From an uncultured Eubacteriales bacterium (GTDB lineage Bacteria > Bacillota > Clostridia > Oscillospirales > Acutalibacteraceae): a stretch of DNA of 64,000 bases. Shown piece after piece: positions 15,795 through 26,001 of this stretch (the stretch's first letter is position 1; every line of letters begins with the position of its first letter). The stretch covers positions 1,048 through 65,047 of the forward strand of contig CAZDQE010000004.1 of the NCBI GenBank assembly GCA_964507395.1, given 5' to 3'. The notes beneath the pieces were generated by a model, which was not told the DNA's origin, did not search any database, and saw only the letters and a program-made list of their open reading frames with translations. The translations under genes and the position numbers were made by a program.

Positions 15795-16861
15795 TCTCTC
15801 TCCTTTATAATTTCATCAATAACATCCATTACTTTTTTCATTTGTTCCATAGTGCCCATAGACATTCTGAAATATTCAGAAATTCGCGGTGCATTAAAAT
15901 ATCTGATAAGAATACCCCTGTTTCTCAGCTCGGCATAAAGTTCGGATGAAGGAATTTTGTCACTCTTTGCAAAAACAAAATTGGTTTTTGAATCTGTGAC
16001 AACAAAGCCACGTTTTTTCAGTTCTTCTTTTGCGAATTCTCTGATTTTTACAGTTTCCGAAATTGTGTTCTCGTAATATTCTCTGTCACTGATTGCGGCA
16101 GCGGCAGCTTCAATCGAAAGAGTATTAACATTATACGGATTAAATGAATATTTCAGCTTTTCGAGGTCATCAGCAAGAATTTTTGAAGAAACCGAAAAAC
16201 CGACTCTCAGACCTGCCAATGAACGGCTTTTTGAAAAAGTCTGAGTAACCATAAGGTTATCATATTGATTTACCAGATCAACAACACTTGTGCCTGCTGC
16301 AAAATCCACATAAGCTTCATCTATGATTACAACATTATGGGGATTGGTTTTGACAATCAACTCGATCTCCTCGCGTGTTAAAGCAAGGCCAGTAGGAGCG
16401 TTGGGATTTGCGATTATTATATTTTTGTTTTTGCCGATATAATCGTTTACATCAACAGAAAAATCGTCTTTAAGTGGGATTTTTTCAAGATTTACTTTAA
16501 ATAAATCAGCGAAAACAGGGTAAAAACTGTAAGTAATATCAGGACAGCAGAATTCACCGCCCAGACCGCCGAAAGCCATGAATGCAAAGGCGATTACATC
16601 ATCAGAGCCATTGCCTACGAAAATCTGTTCAGGTGTAACTGAGTAAAAAGAAGCAATAGCTTCTTTGATTTTTTTCAGCTTCGGGTCAGAATATAAATAC
16701 AGTGAAGAAATGAGATTTGTATTTAATGCTTCAAGAACTTTAGGTGAAGCAGGGAAAGGTGATTCATTTGTGTTAAGCTTTATGTATTTTTTATCATTGA
16801 GCTGTTCGCCGGGTGTGTATGGCACAATTGAATCATATTCTTTTCTCATAAATCCGCTCAT
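15791..16861 (-). CDS. hisC: Histidinol-phosphate aminotransferase
   Basis: Class II aminotransferase layout: IKLNTNESP, NPNAPTG, FSKSRSLAGLRVG (PLP lysine context). Operon position. Confidence 0.85.
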   Translation of the reverse strand: MSGFMRKEYDSIVPYTPGEQLNDKKYIKLNTNESPFPASPKVLEALNTNLISSLYLYSDPKLKKIKEAIASFYSVTPEQIFVGNGSDDVIAFAFMAFGGLGGEFCCPDITYSFYPVFADLFKVNLEKIPLKDDFSVDVNDYIGKNKNIIIANPNAPTGLALTREEIELIVKTNPHNVVIIDEAYVDFAAGTSVVDLVNQYDNLMVTQTFSKSRSLAGLRVGFSVSSKILADDLEKLKYSFNPYNVNTLSIEAAAAAISDREYYENTISETVKIREFAKEELKKRGFVVTDSKTNFVFAKSDKIPSSELYAELRNRGILIRYFNAPRISEYFRMSMGTMEQMKKVMDVIDEIIKERE

Positions 16862-16876
16862 AAATGAAATACCTTC

Positions 16877-18154
16877 TTATTTTTCAAGTCTTTTGCTAAC
16901 TGCTCTGCCGTGAGCCTGTAAGCCTTCTTTTTCGGCAAATCTAACAACATCTTCGCCAACCTCGTTCAGTGCTTCCTCAGAGAAATAAATGAATGAAGAT
17001 TTTTTTATGAAATCATCAACAGAAAGGGGAGAACTGAATCTTGCTGTACCTGATGTGGGAAGAGTGTGGTTAGGACCGGCGAAATAGTCGCCGAGTGATT
17101 CGGGAACATTTTTGCCGAGGAAAATTGAGCCTGCATTTGTAATAAGATTGAGAAACTCAAAAGGATTCTCAACGCAAACCTCAAGGTGTTCGGGCGCAAT
17201 TTCGTTGCTGATTTCCACAGCCTGCTTCATATTGTCAGCGATGATGATTTTGCCGTTTGTGTCAATTGAAGTTCTTGCAATTTCACATCTTGGAAGCTCA
17301 GGAATCTGTTTCTCGAGCTCTTCTGAAACTTTGTAAGCCAGTTCTTCTGAATCAGTGATGAGAACTGCACTTGCAAGCTTGTCATGCTCTGCCTGTGAAA
17401 GCAAGTCAGCGGCGACAAATTCAGGATTACATGTGCCGTCTGCAAGAACAAGAATTTCACTGGGACCTGCAATCATGTCGATATCAACGATGCCGTAAAG
17501 CATTCTCTTTGCAGTTGCAACGAACACATTACCGGGACCCACAACCTTATCAACCTTTGTTACTGTTTCTGTGCCGTATGCAAGAGCGGCAACTGCCTGT
17601 GCACCGCCTGTTTTAAAAATCCTGTCAACACCTGCAACCTTTGCTGCAGCAAGGATGGGAGCAGGAATTTTACCTGTTTCGTCAGGGGGAGTTACCATGA
17701 CAATTTCCTTAACGCCTGCGATTTTTGCAGGAACTGCATTCATAAGAACGCTTGAAGGATATCTTGCGGTGCCACCGGGAACATAAAGACCAACTTTTTC
17801 GATAGGTGTGATTTTCTGTCCGAGAATTACGCCGTCTTTATCGTTTATAATAAAGTTATTTCTCACCTGATGTGAATGGAAGTGGTGAATATTATCTCTT
17901 GCTTTTTTAAGTGTAGAAATAAAATCTTTATCTTCTGATTCGTAAGCTTCTTCGATCTCTTCTTTAGTCACTTCAAGGTTTTCAACAACAGCTTTGTCAA
18001 ATTTCAGGCTGTATTCTTTGAGTGCTTTGTCGCCATTCTTTCTGACGTTATCAATAATGTCTGAAACGATATCTTCAACACCGCTTTTTGTGTTAATGTC
18101 ACGTGTTAAAATATCTTCCTTTTTTGCATCAGCCATTTTAATTATTTTAATCAT
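16877..18154 (-). CDS. hisD: Histidinol dehydrogenase
   Basis: Contains YVPGG.A.YPSSVLM, AGPSE, SQAEHD and PEHLE. 425 aa. Confidence 0.9.
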   Translation of the reverse strand: MIKIIKMADAKKEDILTRDINTKSGVEDIVSDIIDNVRKNGDKALKEYSLKFDKAVVENLEVTKEEIEEAYESEDKDFISTLKKARDNIHHFHSHQVRNNFIINDKDGVILGQKITPIEKVGLYVPGGTARYPSSVLMNAVPAKIAGVKEIVMVTPPDETGKIPAPILAAAKVAGVDRIFKTGGAQAVAALAYGTETVTKVDKVVGPGNVFVATAKRMLYGIVDIDMIAGPSEILVLADGTCNPEFVAADLLSQAEHDKLASAVLITDSEELAYKVSEELEKQIPELPRCEIARTSIDTNGKIIIADNMKQAVEISNEIAPEHLEVCVENPFEFLNLITNAGSIFLGKNVPESLGDYFAGPNHTLPTSGTARFSSPLSVDDFIKKSSFIYFSEEALNEVGEDVVRFAEKEGLQAHGRAVSKRLEK

Positions 18155-18783
18155 TTCTTAACCTCCTGAAGTTTTTTGCTTAATTTTTCAGTAAGTTCAT
18201 TTATAGTTTCCTGCTTAAATCTGTAAGAGGATTTGTTTGCGATAAGTCTTGCGCTGATGGGTAATATTTTCTCAAAGACTGAAAGGTTGTTTTCTTTGAG
18301 AGTTGTACCTGTTTCAACGATGTCCACAATAACATCTGAAAGACCTAAGAGGGGAGCAATCTCGATTGAGCCGTTAAGCTTAATGATATCGATTTCCCTG
18401 TTGAAGGATGCATAATATCTCTTCGCAATATTCGGAAACTTTGTAGCAACACGAATCGGTCTGTCGGGGTCTTCAACGTAATCATTTTTGGCGGCAACGC
18501 ACATGTTACATTTGCCGATATCAAGGTCGAGAAGCTCGAAAACATCAAAGTCACCCTCGTCAAGACAATCCTTTCCGACAATGCCTATGTCTGCAGCTCC
18601 GTGTGCTATATAAACAGCAACATCAGAGGGTTTCACAAGCAGATATCGAACACCGTTATCCGGGTTTTCAAAAACAAGCTTTCTGTTGTCAGCATAAATT
18701 TCAGCACAATCGTAACCGATTGATGAAAGAAGATTGTAAACTTTATCGCCGAGACGACCTTTAGGTAAAGCAATGTTAAGCAT
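18151..18783 (-). CDS. hisG: ATP phosphoribosyltransferase, short (HisZ-dependent) form
   Basis: LNIALPKGRL, DIGIVGKD, DIVETGTTLKEN. 210 aa short form, adjacent to hisZ. Confidence 0.9.
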   Translation of the reverse strand: MLNIALPKGRLGDKVYNLLSSIGYDCAEIYADNRKLVFENPDNGVRYLLVKPSDVAVYIAHGAADIGIVGKDCLDEGDFDVFELLDLDIGKCNMCVAAKNDYVEDPDRPIRVATKFPNIAKRYYASFNREIDIIKLNGSIEIAPLLGLSDVIVDIVETGTTLKENNLSVFEKILPISARLIANKSSYRFKQETINELTEKLSKKLQEVKK

Positions 18784-19889
18784 TATTCTCCCTCCTTAAG
18801 CTCGCCGTCAAATGTGTAAACAGATTTGTAATTATAGTCAGTAGGCTCACTGATTTCAACCTTGACTGATTTTCCTTCGTCAGCAAATTTTTTAACGCAT
18901 CTGAGAAGCTCTGCTGCTGAGCCGCCTTTGTTTATGATCACAACTTCTGTATCAAATTCTTTTTTATTAGGATACCAGAGATTAAGGTTATCAAGGTAAA
19001 TTGCAAAACCTATAGCCTCCGTATGCTTTCTGATTTTATTCGCGAGATTGTCGTATCTGCCGCCTGCAAGTACAGCACCCGGAGCTTTCTTGACAAAGCC
19101 CTGGAAAATAATTCCGTTGTAGTAATCAGTGTTATTGAGAACAGAAAAATCAACTGTTACATTTTCGTCATAACCACTGATTCGGAGAGCCTCGGAAATT
19201 ACCTTGAAATCTGCTATAGCTTCTGAAAAATCAAATCCGTTTTCATCAAATTTTTCAAGCTTTTCAATAACAGAATCAGTTTTACCGTTTACAGAAATTA
19301 CTTCAATAAACTTGTCTGCATCAATTTCGTTTTCAGTGAGAAGTTTTTTCAGGTCGTGCATGTTTTTGCCGATAATGTAATCTATTACTTGCTTTCTCAG
19401 TTTTCTTGAAATGCCGTACTTTTCATTCAGTTCAGAAATCACCGACATGTGGGAAATTGAAAGAATATTGTTTGAATCAATTTTGTTCAGACTTTCGACA
19501 GCAAGGAGAATAATTTCAGAAATATTGTAAGAATCAAGCTTGCCCAGCACCTCAACGCCTGTCTGCTTTATCTCTTTATAATCATGGGTGTTTTTTCCGA
19601 TTCTGTAAACGCTTTCGTTGTAGTAAGCCTTAGTCAGAGTATCACGTGAAATCCTTGAGTTTTTAACGATTGAAAGAGTGATATCAGGCTTAAGTGCCAT
19701 AAGACGTCCGTCAGAATTGTTGAAAGCAATAATGCCTTCGCCTGAAAGGAAATCTCTGTTATCACTGTAAAAACTGTACTCCTCAAATTTAGCCATACAG
19801 TATTTTTTGTAACCGAATTTTTCAAAAAGTGAAGCCAGTTCAATAGTAAGCTTGTCCTCAATCGGCAATGAATTTATGTATTGCTGCAA
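18783..19889 (-). CDS. hisZ: ATP phosphoribosyltransferase regulatory subunit (HisRS paralogue), TTG start
   Basis: Class II aaRS-like core without an anticodon domain. First gene of the his operon. GGGGGTG RBS before the TTG. Confidence 0.8.
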   Translation of the reverse strand: MQQYINSLPIEDKLTIELASLFEKFGYKKYCMAKFEEYSFYSDNRDFLSGEGIIAFNNSDGRLMALKPDITLSIVKNSRISRDTLTKAYYNESVYRIGKNTHDYKEIKQTGVEVLGKLDSYNISEIILLAVESLNKIDSNNILSISHMSVISELNEKYGISRKLRKQVIDYIIGKNMHDLKKLLTENEIDADKFIEVISVNGKTDSVIEKLEKFDENGFDFSEAIADFKVISEALRISGYDENVTVDFSVLNNTDYYNGIIFQGFVKKAPGAVLAGGRYDNLANKIRKHTEAIGFAIYLDNLNLWYPNKKEFDTEVVIINKGGSAAELLRCVKKFADEGKSVKVEISEPTDYNYKSVYTFDGELKEGE

Positions 19890-20067
19890 AAGGATACACC
19901 CCCAAAATAAATATACTATAATATTATACTATAATTCACCGCTTTAGTAAAGTAAAACATTTCAAAAAATGATAGATATTTTTGTATAAAAATCCTATAA
20001 AGTTGTATAAAATGACAGTGTTTCACGGCAGGGCAAAATCATCAGCCTTTCAGGTCGTGAAGGCTAT

Positions 20068-21294
20068 TTGACAACTGCTGATATCGGTTACGGCACAGGC
20101 ACAGGCTTCAAAGGCTACAACTGCCGACATGACTGGTTTCCGTTCTTCGAAGGCATCAGTGAAAAAGCATATTCCGACAAGGAACTTGAGCAGAGAAAGA
20201 ATGAAACCGTTACATACAACGATAAAACAATGTCCAGGTACGATGCCGAGCAGAAGCAGAGAGTCATGGAACGGCAGATAAGAAAAGAGCGTTCAAAGTT
20301 AGCTGCTCTCGATACCGCAATCAAAGCCACAGATGATGAAGAGCTGAAAGTAAGGCTCAAAAATGACTTTGACAACCTCTCCGTCAAACTTAAATCCCAC
20401 GAAGCAAAGTATAAGGACTTTTCTTATAAAATAGGTTTACCGCCACAAAAACAGCGGTTACAGATATATGGATTCAACAGGAGTGTAAGTCAGAAGGCGG
20501 TGCACGGAGCAAAAGAATTAAAGCATTTCAGAGAAGATTCTAAAGCCACAGCGCAACAATATAAACGATATGTTGAAAGATTAGGTGAAAAAGAAGTCGG
20601 AAGTTTCCGCGATTTTGCTAAGCTTAAAGAGCAAGGCTCTGCCGACTGGGACAAACTTCAACTTAAATACCGATACAAAGGCATTGACCAAAGGCTTCTC
20701 GAAAGAACACCATCGTATAAAGTCATGGATATCAAAGACGGTGTGCCTCAAAACTATAGCGATTGTGCTTTATCTCTTGATACAACACAAAAATCTGTTG
20801 TTTACAGATATTCAGACGGCAACGGACACTGTTCAACTATAAATACATATGCTGCTACAGGTAAAATCACATCGCCAACAGCAGTAAGTGACTTCAATGA
20901 ATTGGATGATACCATTGCCGGAATGTATCTTCCTGAAAACACAGTTGTCTTCAGAGGTACAAAGCGAGCATATATTGAGGGACTTGAAGAACTTGAAGGA
21001 AAGCTGCCTTTACCTGATTGGAAGAAACAATCTATCAAAATCAAATCTTTTGCTTCTACATCATTATTCAGAGACACAGCGTACGACAGTGATGTTGAAA
21101 TGACAATTCTCGTTCCAAAAGGGAAGCGAGGAGCTGGATACATTAACGATATATCACATCATCATTTAATAAAAAAAGGCGAAGAATATGAAGTAGTATT
21201 GCAAAACAATTCCGATTATGGTATAATTGAGGCACAGTATTTCAAAGGCAAATTATTCTTAGTCGTTGAATGGTTGGGAGTGAAACTAACATGA
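20068..21294 (+). CDS. 5'-truncated phage minor head (Mu F / SPP1 gp7-like) protein fused to a C-terminal ADP-ribosyltransferase (R-S-E exoenzyme type) domain; probable prophage remnant
   Basis: The frame is open from 20011 and homology-like sequence (..QGKIISLSG..GYNCRHDWFPF) begins with no N-terminal head-protein domain. C-terminus has VVFRGT (Arg), FASTSL (STS) and GEEYEVVL (ExE). The listed start is only the first TTG. Confidence 0.65.
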   Translation: MTTADIGYGTGTGFKGYNCRHDWFPFFEGISEKAYSDKELEQRKNETVTYNDKTMSRYDAEQKQRVMERQIRKERSKLAALDTAIKATDDEELKVRLKNDFDNLSVKLKSHEAKYKDFSYKIGLPPQKQRLQIYGFNRSVSQKAVHGAKELKHFREDSKATAQQYKRYVERLGEKEVGSFRDFAKLKEQGSADWDKLQLKYRYKGIDQRLLERTPSYKVMDIKDGVPQNYSDCALSLDTTQKSVVYRYSDGNGHCSTINTYAATGKITSPTAVSDFNELDDTIAGMYLPENTVVFRGTKRAYIEGLEELEGKLPLPDWKKQSIKIKSFASTSLFRDTAYDSDVEMTILVPKGKRGAGYINDISHHHLIKKGEEYEVVLQNNSDYGIIEAQYFKGKLFLVVEWLGVKLT

Positions 21295-21572
21295 ATGAAG
21301 ATAAAGCAAGACAGTATGCTGATGACTGTGAAAAAAGCGGTAATCTTGATTATCCTTTGGCAGGAAGTATACGAACACCAAAATGCAAAATCTGCAAGAA
21401 TGCTGATTTCAAGTACGGAACATGGGATGAGCCCGTATGCTTATTTTTAAAAACCGAAATGCCTGAAGATTTGTTGCGCTGTTTAACTTATGAGTGTGAA
21501 CACTTCATTCACGATAAAACAAGCAAATTCAATCAGTTTTTTGACAAGAATCTCAATCCTTTGCTCAAATAA
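21291..21572 (+). CDS. Small Cys-rich hypothetical protein (93 aa), translationally coupled (ATGA) to the ART-fusion gene
   Basis: The ATG at 21291 overlaps the TGA of the upstream ORF. GGGAG RBS. CKICKN...C..C.H pattern. No family recognised. Confidence 0.45.
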   Translation: MNEDKARQYADDCEKSGNLDYPLAGSIRTPKCKICKNADFKYGTWDEPVCLFLKTEMPEDLLRCLTYECEHFIHDKTSKFNQFFDKNLNPLLK

Positions 21573-21872
21573 ATCTATTTTATTGATTTAAGCATCCTTC
21601 CAAGGGTGCTTTTTCATACCTAAAATTCAATAATCAAACACCTTACTTTCGCAGTAGGGTGTTTTTTTATACCAACTTTTCGAGGAAGGAGGTAAAAAAA
21701 TGACAACAGACGAACGCAAAGGCTTTGGTCTTACAGATGAGCAGTGCCAGCAGGTGTCTGACCTTCATAATAATGAGGTTTTGGTTTTGTGATGAGAAAA
21801 TAAGTGTTTACTTTGAAAGGTGAGAGTGATATAATTAAATTCAATGAATGAATCAATCAGAGGTATACGATT

Positions 21873-22310
21873 ATGTTTATACTCGAAGAAGTGAATAATG
21901 ATAATTTTTCTTATTACACAGAATATGATAAGGCTTTTGAAAAAGAATTGAACCAATATCAATCAAGAATTTATCCGTCAAAAGATGCTGCATTTCTCAG
22001 CTGGTATCATATAAAGTTAAGAAGAAAATACATCGGTGCTGTATGGCTTGAAAAGTGTGCAAAAGACGATTTTGCTGTGCTGGGTATCTTTATTGCTGAT
22101 AAAAAACACAGGAATAAAGGAATCGGCAGACGCGCAATCAAACAGATAATTATAAATGATTTACAATATTTCGGCACAAAGAAAATTGTGCTCCGTGTCC
22201 GCGAAGAAAACGAACAAGCAATCAGGTGTTATAAAAAAGTTGGCTTTAAAGAACAAAGAAGATTTCAGAAAGATAATCTGAATGTGATTGAAATGATGTA
22301 TGAGATGTAA
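21873..22310 (+). CDS. GNAT family N-acetyltransferase
   Basis: Acetyl-CoA binding motif HRNKGIGRRAIKQ (Q/RxxGxG/A) and a beta-bulge region. 145 aa. Confidence 0.75.
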   Translation: MFILEEVNNDNFSYYTEYDKAFEKELNQYQSRIYPSKDAAFLSWYHIKLRRKYIGAVWLEKCAKDDFAVLGIFIADKKHRNKGIGRRAIKQIIINDLQYFGTKKIVLRVREENEQAIRCYKKVGFKEQRRFQKDNLNVIEMMYEM

Positions 22311-22337
22311 ATTAATTTTGTAAAGCGAGGGAAAAAC

Positions 22338-23837
22338 ATGACTTTTGATATCAATGAATTTACTGCAAAAATAATCTGTGAAAATCAGGTTTCCGATGCT
22401 GTTATTGACACAGCTTCAAGAAATAATGAATTGGATTTATTTCTTACTGCGTATGAAGATAAACCAAAATTTATTGAACTACATTGGAATATTTCTGAAG
22501 ATAAAGATATCCTTGTTTTAGGTGATGTCTGGGAAAGAAGCTATGGTGATCTTGAATTCAGAATTCTGTCTGATAACAACAGATCAATGCCTTGGTATTT
22601 TATTGCAACAAATAAGAAAGAATGCTTTTGTTTCGGCGTAAAAACAATGGCAAATTCTTTCGTCAGTTTCAGATATGACGAGTCAGGGATTACCGCTGTG
22701 CTTGATGTTAGAAACGGCGGAAACGGTGTACATCTCAATGGCAGAAAGCTTTGTCTTGCTTCTTTTATTTATTCGCATTATGACAACGGAAATGTTTTTG
22801 AAAACCTTAAGGATTATTGCAGAAAGTTGTGTAATAATCCTGTTCTTCCCAAAGAAAGAATATATGGCGGTAACAATTGGTATTATGCTTACGGAAAAAG
22901 CAGTTATGAGCAGATAATATCTGATGCAAAGCTCCAGGTTGAACTTTCTGAAGGTGTTGAAAACAAGCCTTTCCAGGTCATTGACGACTGCTGGCAGTTA
23001 AATTCCTGTGAAGGACCTTGGTATCCTAATGAAAAATTCGGCGATATGAAAAAACTTGCTGACGAAATTAAAGAAATCGGTGCAAGACCGGGAATATGGG
23101 TAAGACTTCTTCATAACAGAGATTCTGCAATTACAGATGAAATGAGAATACTCAGGGACGGAAAACGTACATACCTTGATCCCACACGTGAAGATGTTCA
23201 GAAGTATATCAGGTCTGATATTGAAAGAATAAAATCTTGGGGATATGAGTTGATAAAACACGATTTTACAACATTTGACCTTTTCGGCAGTTGGGGAAAA
23301 GACCTTGATTCCGGAATAACCAATACTGAAAACTGGCATTTTTACGATAAAACAAAGACAAATGCAGAAATCGTCATTGACCTTTATAAACTTATTAAAA
23401 AAGCGGCAGGAGACATGCTTATAATCGGCTGTAATACCGTTTCACACCTTTCTGCAGGACTTGTTCAGATTTCAAGAACCGGTGATGATACAAGCGGCAG
23501 AGAATGGGAAAGAACAAGGAAAATGGGCGTAAACACCCTTGCGTTCAGACTTGCTCAGAATGAAGCATTTTATATGTGTGATGCCGACTGTGTGGGAATA
23601 TTAGACGATAACATACCATGGGAGAAAAACAGTCAGTGGCTGCATCTTCTTTCGTATTCAAATACCCCATTTTTTATTTCGTGTACTGATAAGATAAATG
23701 AAATTCAGAAAAACGATATAAAAGTAGCATATAGAACTTTTAACACACCACACACTATAAAACCCATTGACATTTTTGATACAAAAACTCCGTCAAAATG
23801 GGAAATTGACGGAACAATTGTTGAGTATGAGTGGTGA
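22338..23837 (+). CDS. Putative glycoside hydrolase, alpha-galactosidase-like TIM barrel (clan GH-D-like)
   Basis: The motifs IDDCWQ, IKHDF and YMCDADCVG resemble melibiase-type active-site strands. Family assignment is tentative. Confidence 0.45.
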   Translation: MTFDINEFTAKIICENQVSDAVIDTASRNNELDLFLTAYEDKPKFIELHWNISEDKDILVLGDVWERSYGDLEFRILSDNNRSMPWYFIATNKKECFCFGVKTMANSFVSFRYDESGITAVLDVRNGGNGVHLNGRKLCLASFIYSHYDNGNVFENLKDYCRKLCNNPVLPKERIYGGNNWYYAYGKSSYEQIISDAKLQVELSEGVENKPFQVIDDCWQLNSCEGPWYPNEKFGDMKKLADEIKEIGARPGIWVRLLHNRDSAITDEMRILRDGKRTYLDPTREDVQKYIRSDIERIKSWGYELIKHDFTTFDLFGSWGKDLDSGITNTENWHFYDKTKTNAEIVIDLYKLIKKAAGDMLIIGCNTVSHLSAGLVQISRTGDDTSGREWERTRKMGVNTLAFRLAQNEAFYMCDADCVGILDDNIPWEKNSQWLHLLSYSNTPFFISCTDKINEIQKNDIKVAYRTFNTPHTIKPIDIFDTKTPSKWEIDGTIVEYEW

Positions 23838-23908
23838 AATTTAATTATAGCAGATTACGATAGTGGTGCTGTTGAAGTTATGTATTGACAAAAATTAAGG
23901 TGATTTTA

Positions 23909-24490
23909 ATGACAAAAGTATATTTCGTCAGACATGCTGAGCCAAATTATAATAATCGTGATGATATGTCAAGAGAGCTGTCCACTAAAGGATTGGTTGA
24001 CAGAGAACTTGTTACGCAGTTTTTATCGGATAAAAACATTGAAGTTGTGTTGTCAAGTCCCTTTAAAAGAGCTGTTGATACTGTCGCACACTTTGCTGAT
24101 AGTAAAGGACTGAATATTGAAATTATTGATGATTTCAGAGAACGTAAGGTGGATAGTGTTTGGATTGAAGATTTTACGGCTTTCAGTAAAGCTCAATGGG
24201 CTGATTTTGATTATAAACTGTCTGACGGTGAAAGTTTAAATGAAGTTCAGAACAGGAATATTTCCGCTTTAAAGAATGTACTAAAAAAACATAAAGACAG
24301 AAACATTGTAATCGGCAGTCACGGAACAGCTTTGAGTACAATTATCAATTATTTTTATAATTCTTTCGGATATGAAGATTTTGAAAAAATCCGTACGGTT
24401 ATGCCCTGGATTGTTGAATTCACTTTTCAGAATGACAAATGCACTTCAATAAAATATATTGATTTATTTATAAATGCAAAACAGGAGTAA
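23909..24490 (+). CDS. Histidine phosphatase family protein (phosphoglycerate mutase-like)
   Basis: VYFVRHAEPNY (RHG motif) and GSHGTAL (second His). Start moved to the ATG at 23909, behind an AAGGTGA RBS. Confidence 0.75.
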   Translation: MTKVYFVRHAEPNYNNRDDMSRELSTKGLVDRELVTQFLSDKNIEVVLSSPFKRAVDTVAHFADSKGLNIEIIDDFRERKVDSVWIEDFTAFSKAQWADFDYKLSDGESLNEVQNRNISALKNVLKKHKDRNIVIGSHGTALSTIINYFYNSFGYEDFEKIRTVMPWIVEFTFQNDKCTSIKYIDLFINAKQE

Positions 24491-24589
24491 AAATAAATCG
24501 TTTTTGTTCAAGAAAACATTTCTGCTTACAGATATAATGGTGTTGTAAAGGTCGATTTTTACACATTATTATTTTCAGGAGATGTTACT

Positions 24590-25771
24590 ATGGAAAATAC
24601 AGAACTAATTATCAATGCGGTAAATTTCACAAAGAAAAATGCAACCCAAAACGGTATATCTGTTGAAGAAGTTGCGAAGAATGCAGGCTTTTCTATTGAT
24701 TATTTCAATCGCATTTTTCTTACACATACAGGCTTTACTGTTACTGCATATATAAATTATATCAGATTAAAGCAGGCAACATATCTTCTTCGCACTACAG
24801 ACAAATCGGTGCTTGATATTGCTCTTGAAATCGGATATGACTCCCATGAGGGTTTTACAAAAGCTTTTAAGAAAAAATATGGTGCTACACCGAGCGAATA
24901 TCGTTGCAAAAAGAGAAAACACATTATATATCTGGGAGAAATTGCAGATGTGTCTGTTGCCACACGTTTTATTCACAATAATCCTGATTTTCAACTTGTT
25001 GATTCCGGCGAAGTAATAGATTTTTTGCTTGAAAAAGATGCAAAACGATACGGCTATTTTTGCACAACAATAAAATATTGTGGTCTTCAAATAGCAGCTT
25101 CCGGCGGTAATTATGAAAATGGATTTATCGGAATAGGGGATGATAGAAATAACAACTGCTACCTTGAAATATTAACAGATGATTTTAAACTATTGTCTGA
25201 TTGGATAAAGCGTTTTCCACAACAAAAAGCATTTTATTCAGATGAAGATGCAGAAATAGTAAAAGAAAATCTGTCTTATTTCGATGTTGCAGAAAATCTG
25301 AAAGTAACACCACAAACACTATATTTGGGCGAACCTTTTAACTATTCACTTCCTGATAATATTAGAATCAGATTACTTACACCAAAAGATAAAGTATCAA
25401 TTCTTAAGTGGGCAAACGGCCAAAAAGACGGATATATAAAACATTTGCTTAATGAACAAGATTATCTTGATGAAAATAATCTTGAATACGGTGTTTTTGA
25501 AAATGAAGATTTAATTGCTGTAGCTGGATGCGGAATTGATGAAGTTCATGGAATGAGGTTCAATAACTGCTGTGCAATTCGTTTTGCTGACGGTAAAGAA
25601 AGCGATAATTTATATCGTTCAATCTTTAAATTTATAACAAATGATGTATTAACAAAAGGTATTTTGCCGTTCGATGATATCCAGCATGGTGAATATTCAA
25701 AAACTCATGGCAACTTCACGTCTACTGAATTAGGTTATGTTATTGTAAACAGGAGATATGACCTTACATAA
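24590..25771 (+). CDS. AraC/XylS family regulator with N-terminal HTH and a ~290-aa C-terminal domain of unknown type (Rob-like arrangement)
   Basis: ISVEEVAKNAGFSIDYFNRIF....LDIALEIGYDSHEGFTKAFKKKYGATPSEYR is a double-HTH AraC signature located in the first ~105 aa. Confidence 0.75.
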   Translation: MENTELIINAVNFTKKNATQNGISVEEVAKNAGFSIDYFNRIFLTHTGFTVTAYINYIRLKQATYLLRTTDKSVLDIALEIGYDSHEGFTKAFKKKYGATPSEYRCKKRKHIIYLGEIADVSVATRFIHNNPDFQLVDSGEVIDFLLEKDAKRYGYFCTTIKYCGLQIAASGGNYENGFIGIGDDRNNNCYLEILTDDFKLLSDWIKRFPQQKAFYSDEDAEIVKENLSYFDVAENLKVTPQTLYLGEPFNYSLPDNIRIRLLTPKDKVSILKWANGQKDGYIKHLLNEQDYLDENNLEYGVFENEDLIAVAGCGIDEVHGMRFNNCCAIRFADGKESDNLYRSIFKFITNDVLTKGILPFDDIQHGEYSKTHGNFTSTELGYVIVNRRYDLT

Positions 25772-26001
25772 GTTTTTGTTGCGGTAAATAATAATAAACA
25801 GTAAATTATAAAAAGCGTACCGGAGAAATCTACCATTCTCTGATACGCTTTTTTAATAATCATCATATTGCATTTCAAACATCATATTTGTGCTGTTTTC
25901 ACTCCCCTTAACTGCACAAAACATTTATTTTGTGCAGTTAATCTAATTTCTTTTTAGGGGTGTTTTTTACTGACTTTTATAGACATACCTATCTCCCTCT
26001 C

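Noticed and set aside
19890-20010. Possible T-box or attenuator leader upstream of the his operon (and similarly upstream of metG at 36556-36626).
   Set aside because: The untranslated regions are only about 70-120 nt. They contain a plausible promoter and RBS but no specifier/antiterminator architecture, and they are too short for a T-box.
25908-25941. Perfect 14-bp inverted repeat TTAACTGCACAAAA-N6-TTTTGTGCAGTTAA between the AraC gene and the radA operon, examined as a possible recombination or operator site.
   Set aside because: It is located between convergent gene ends next to another hairpin (about 25812-25858). Most simply, it is part of a bidirectional terminator region.
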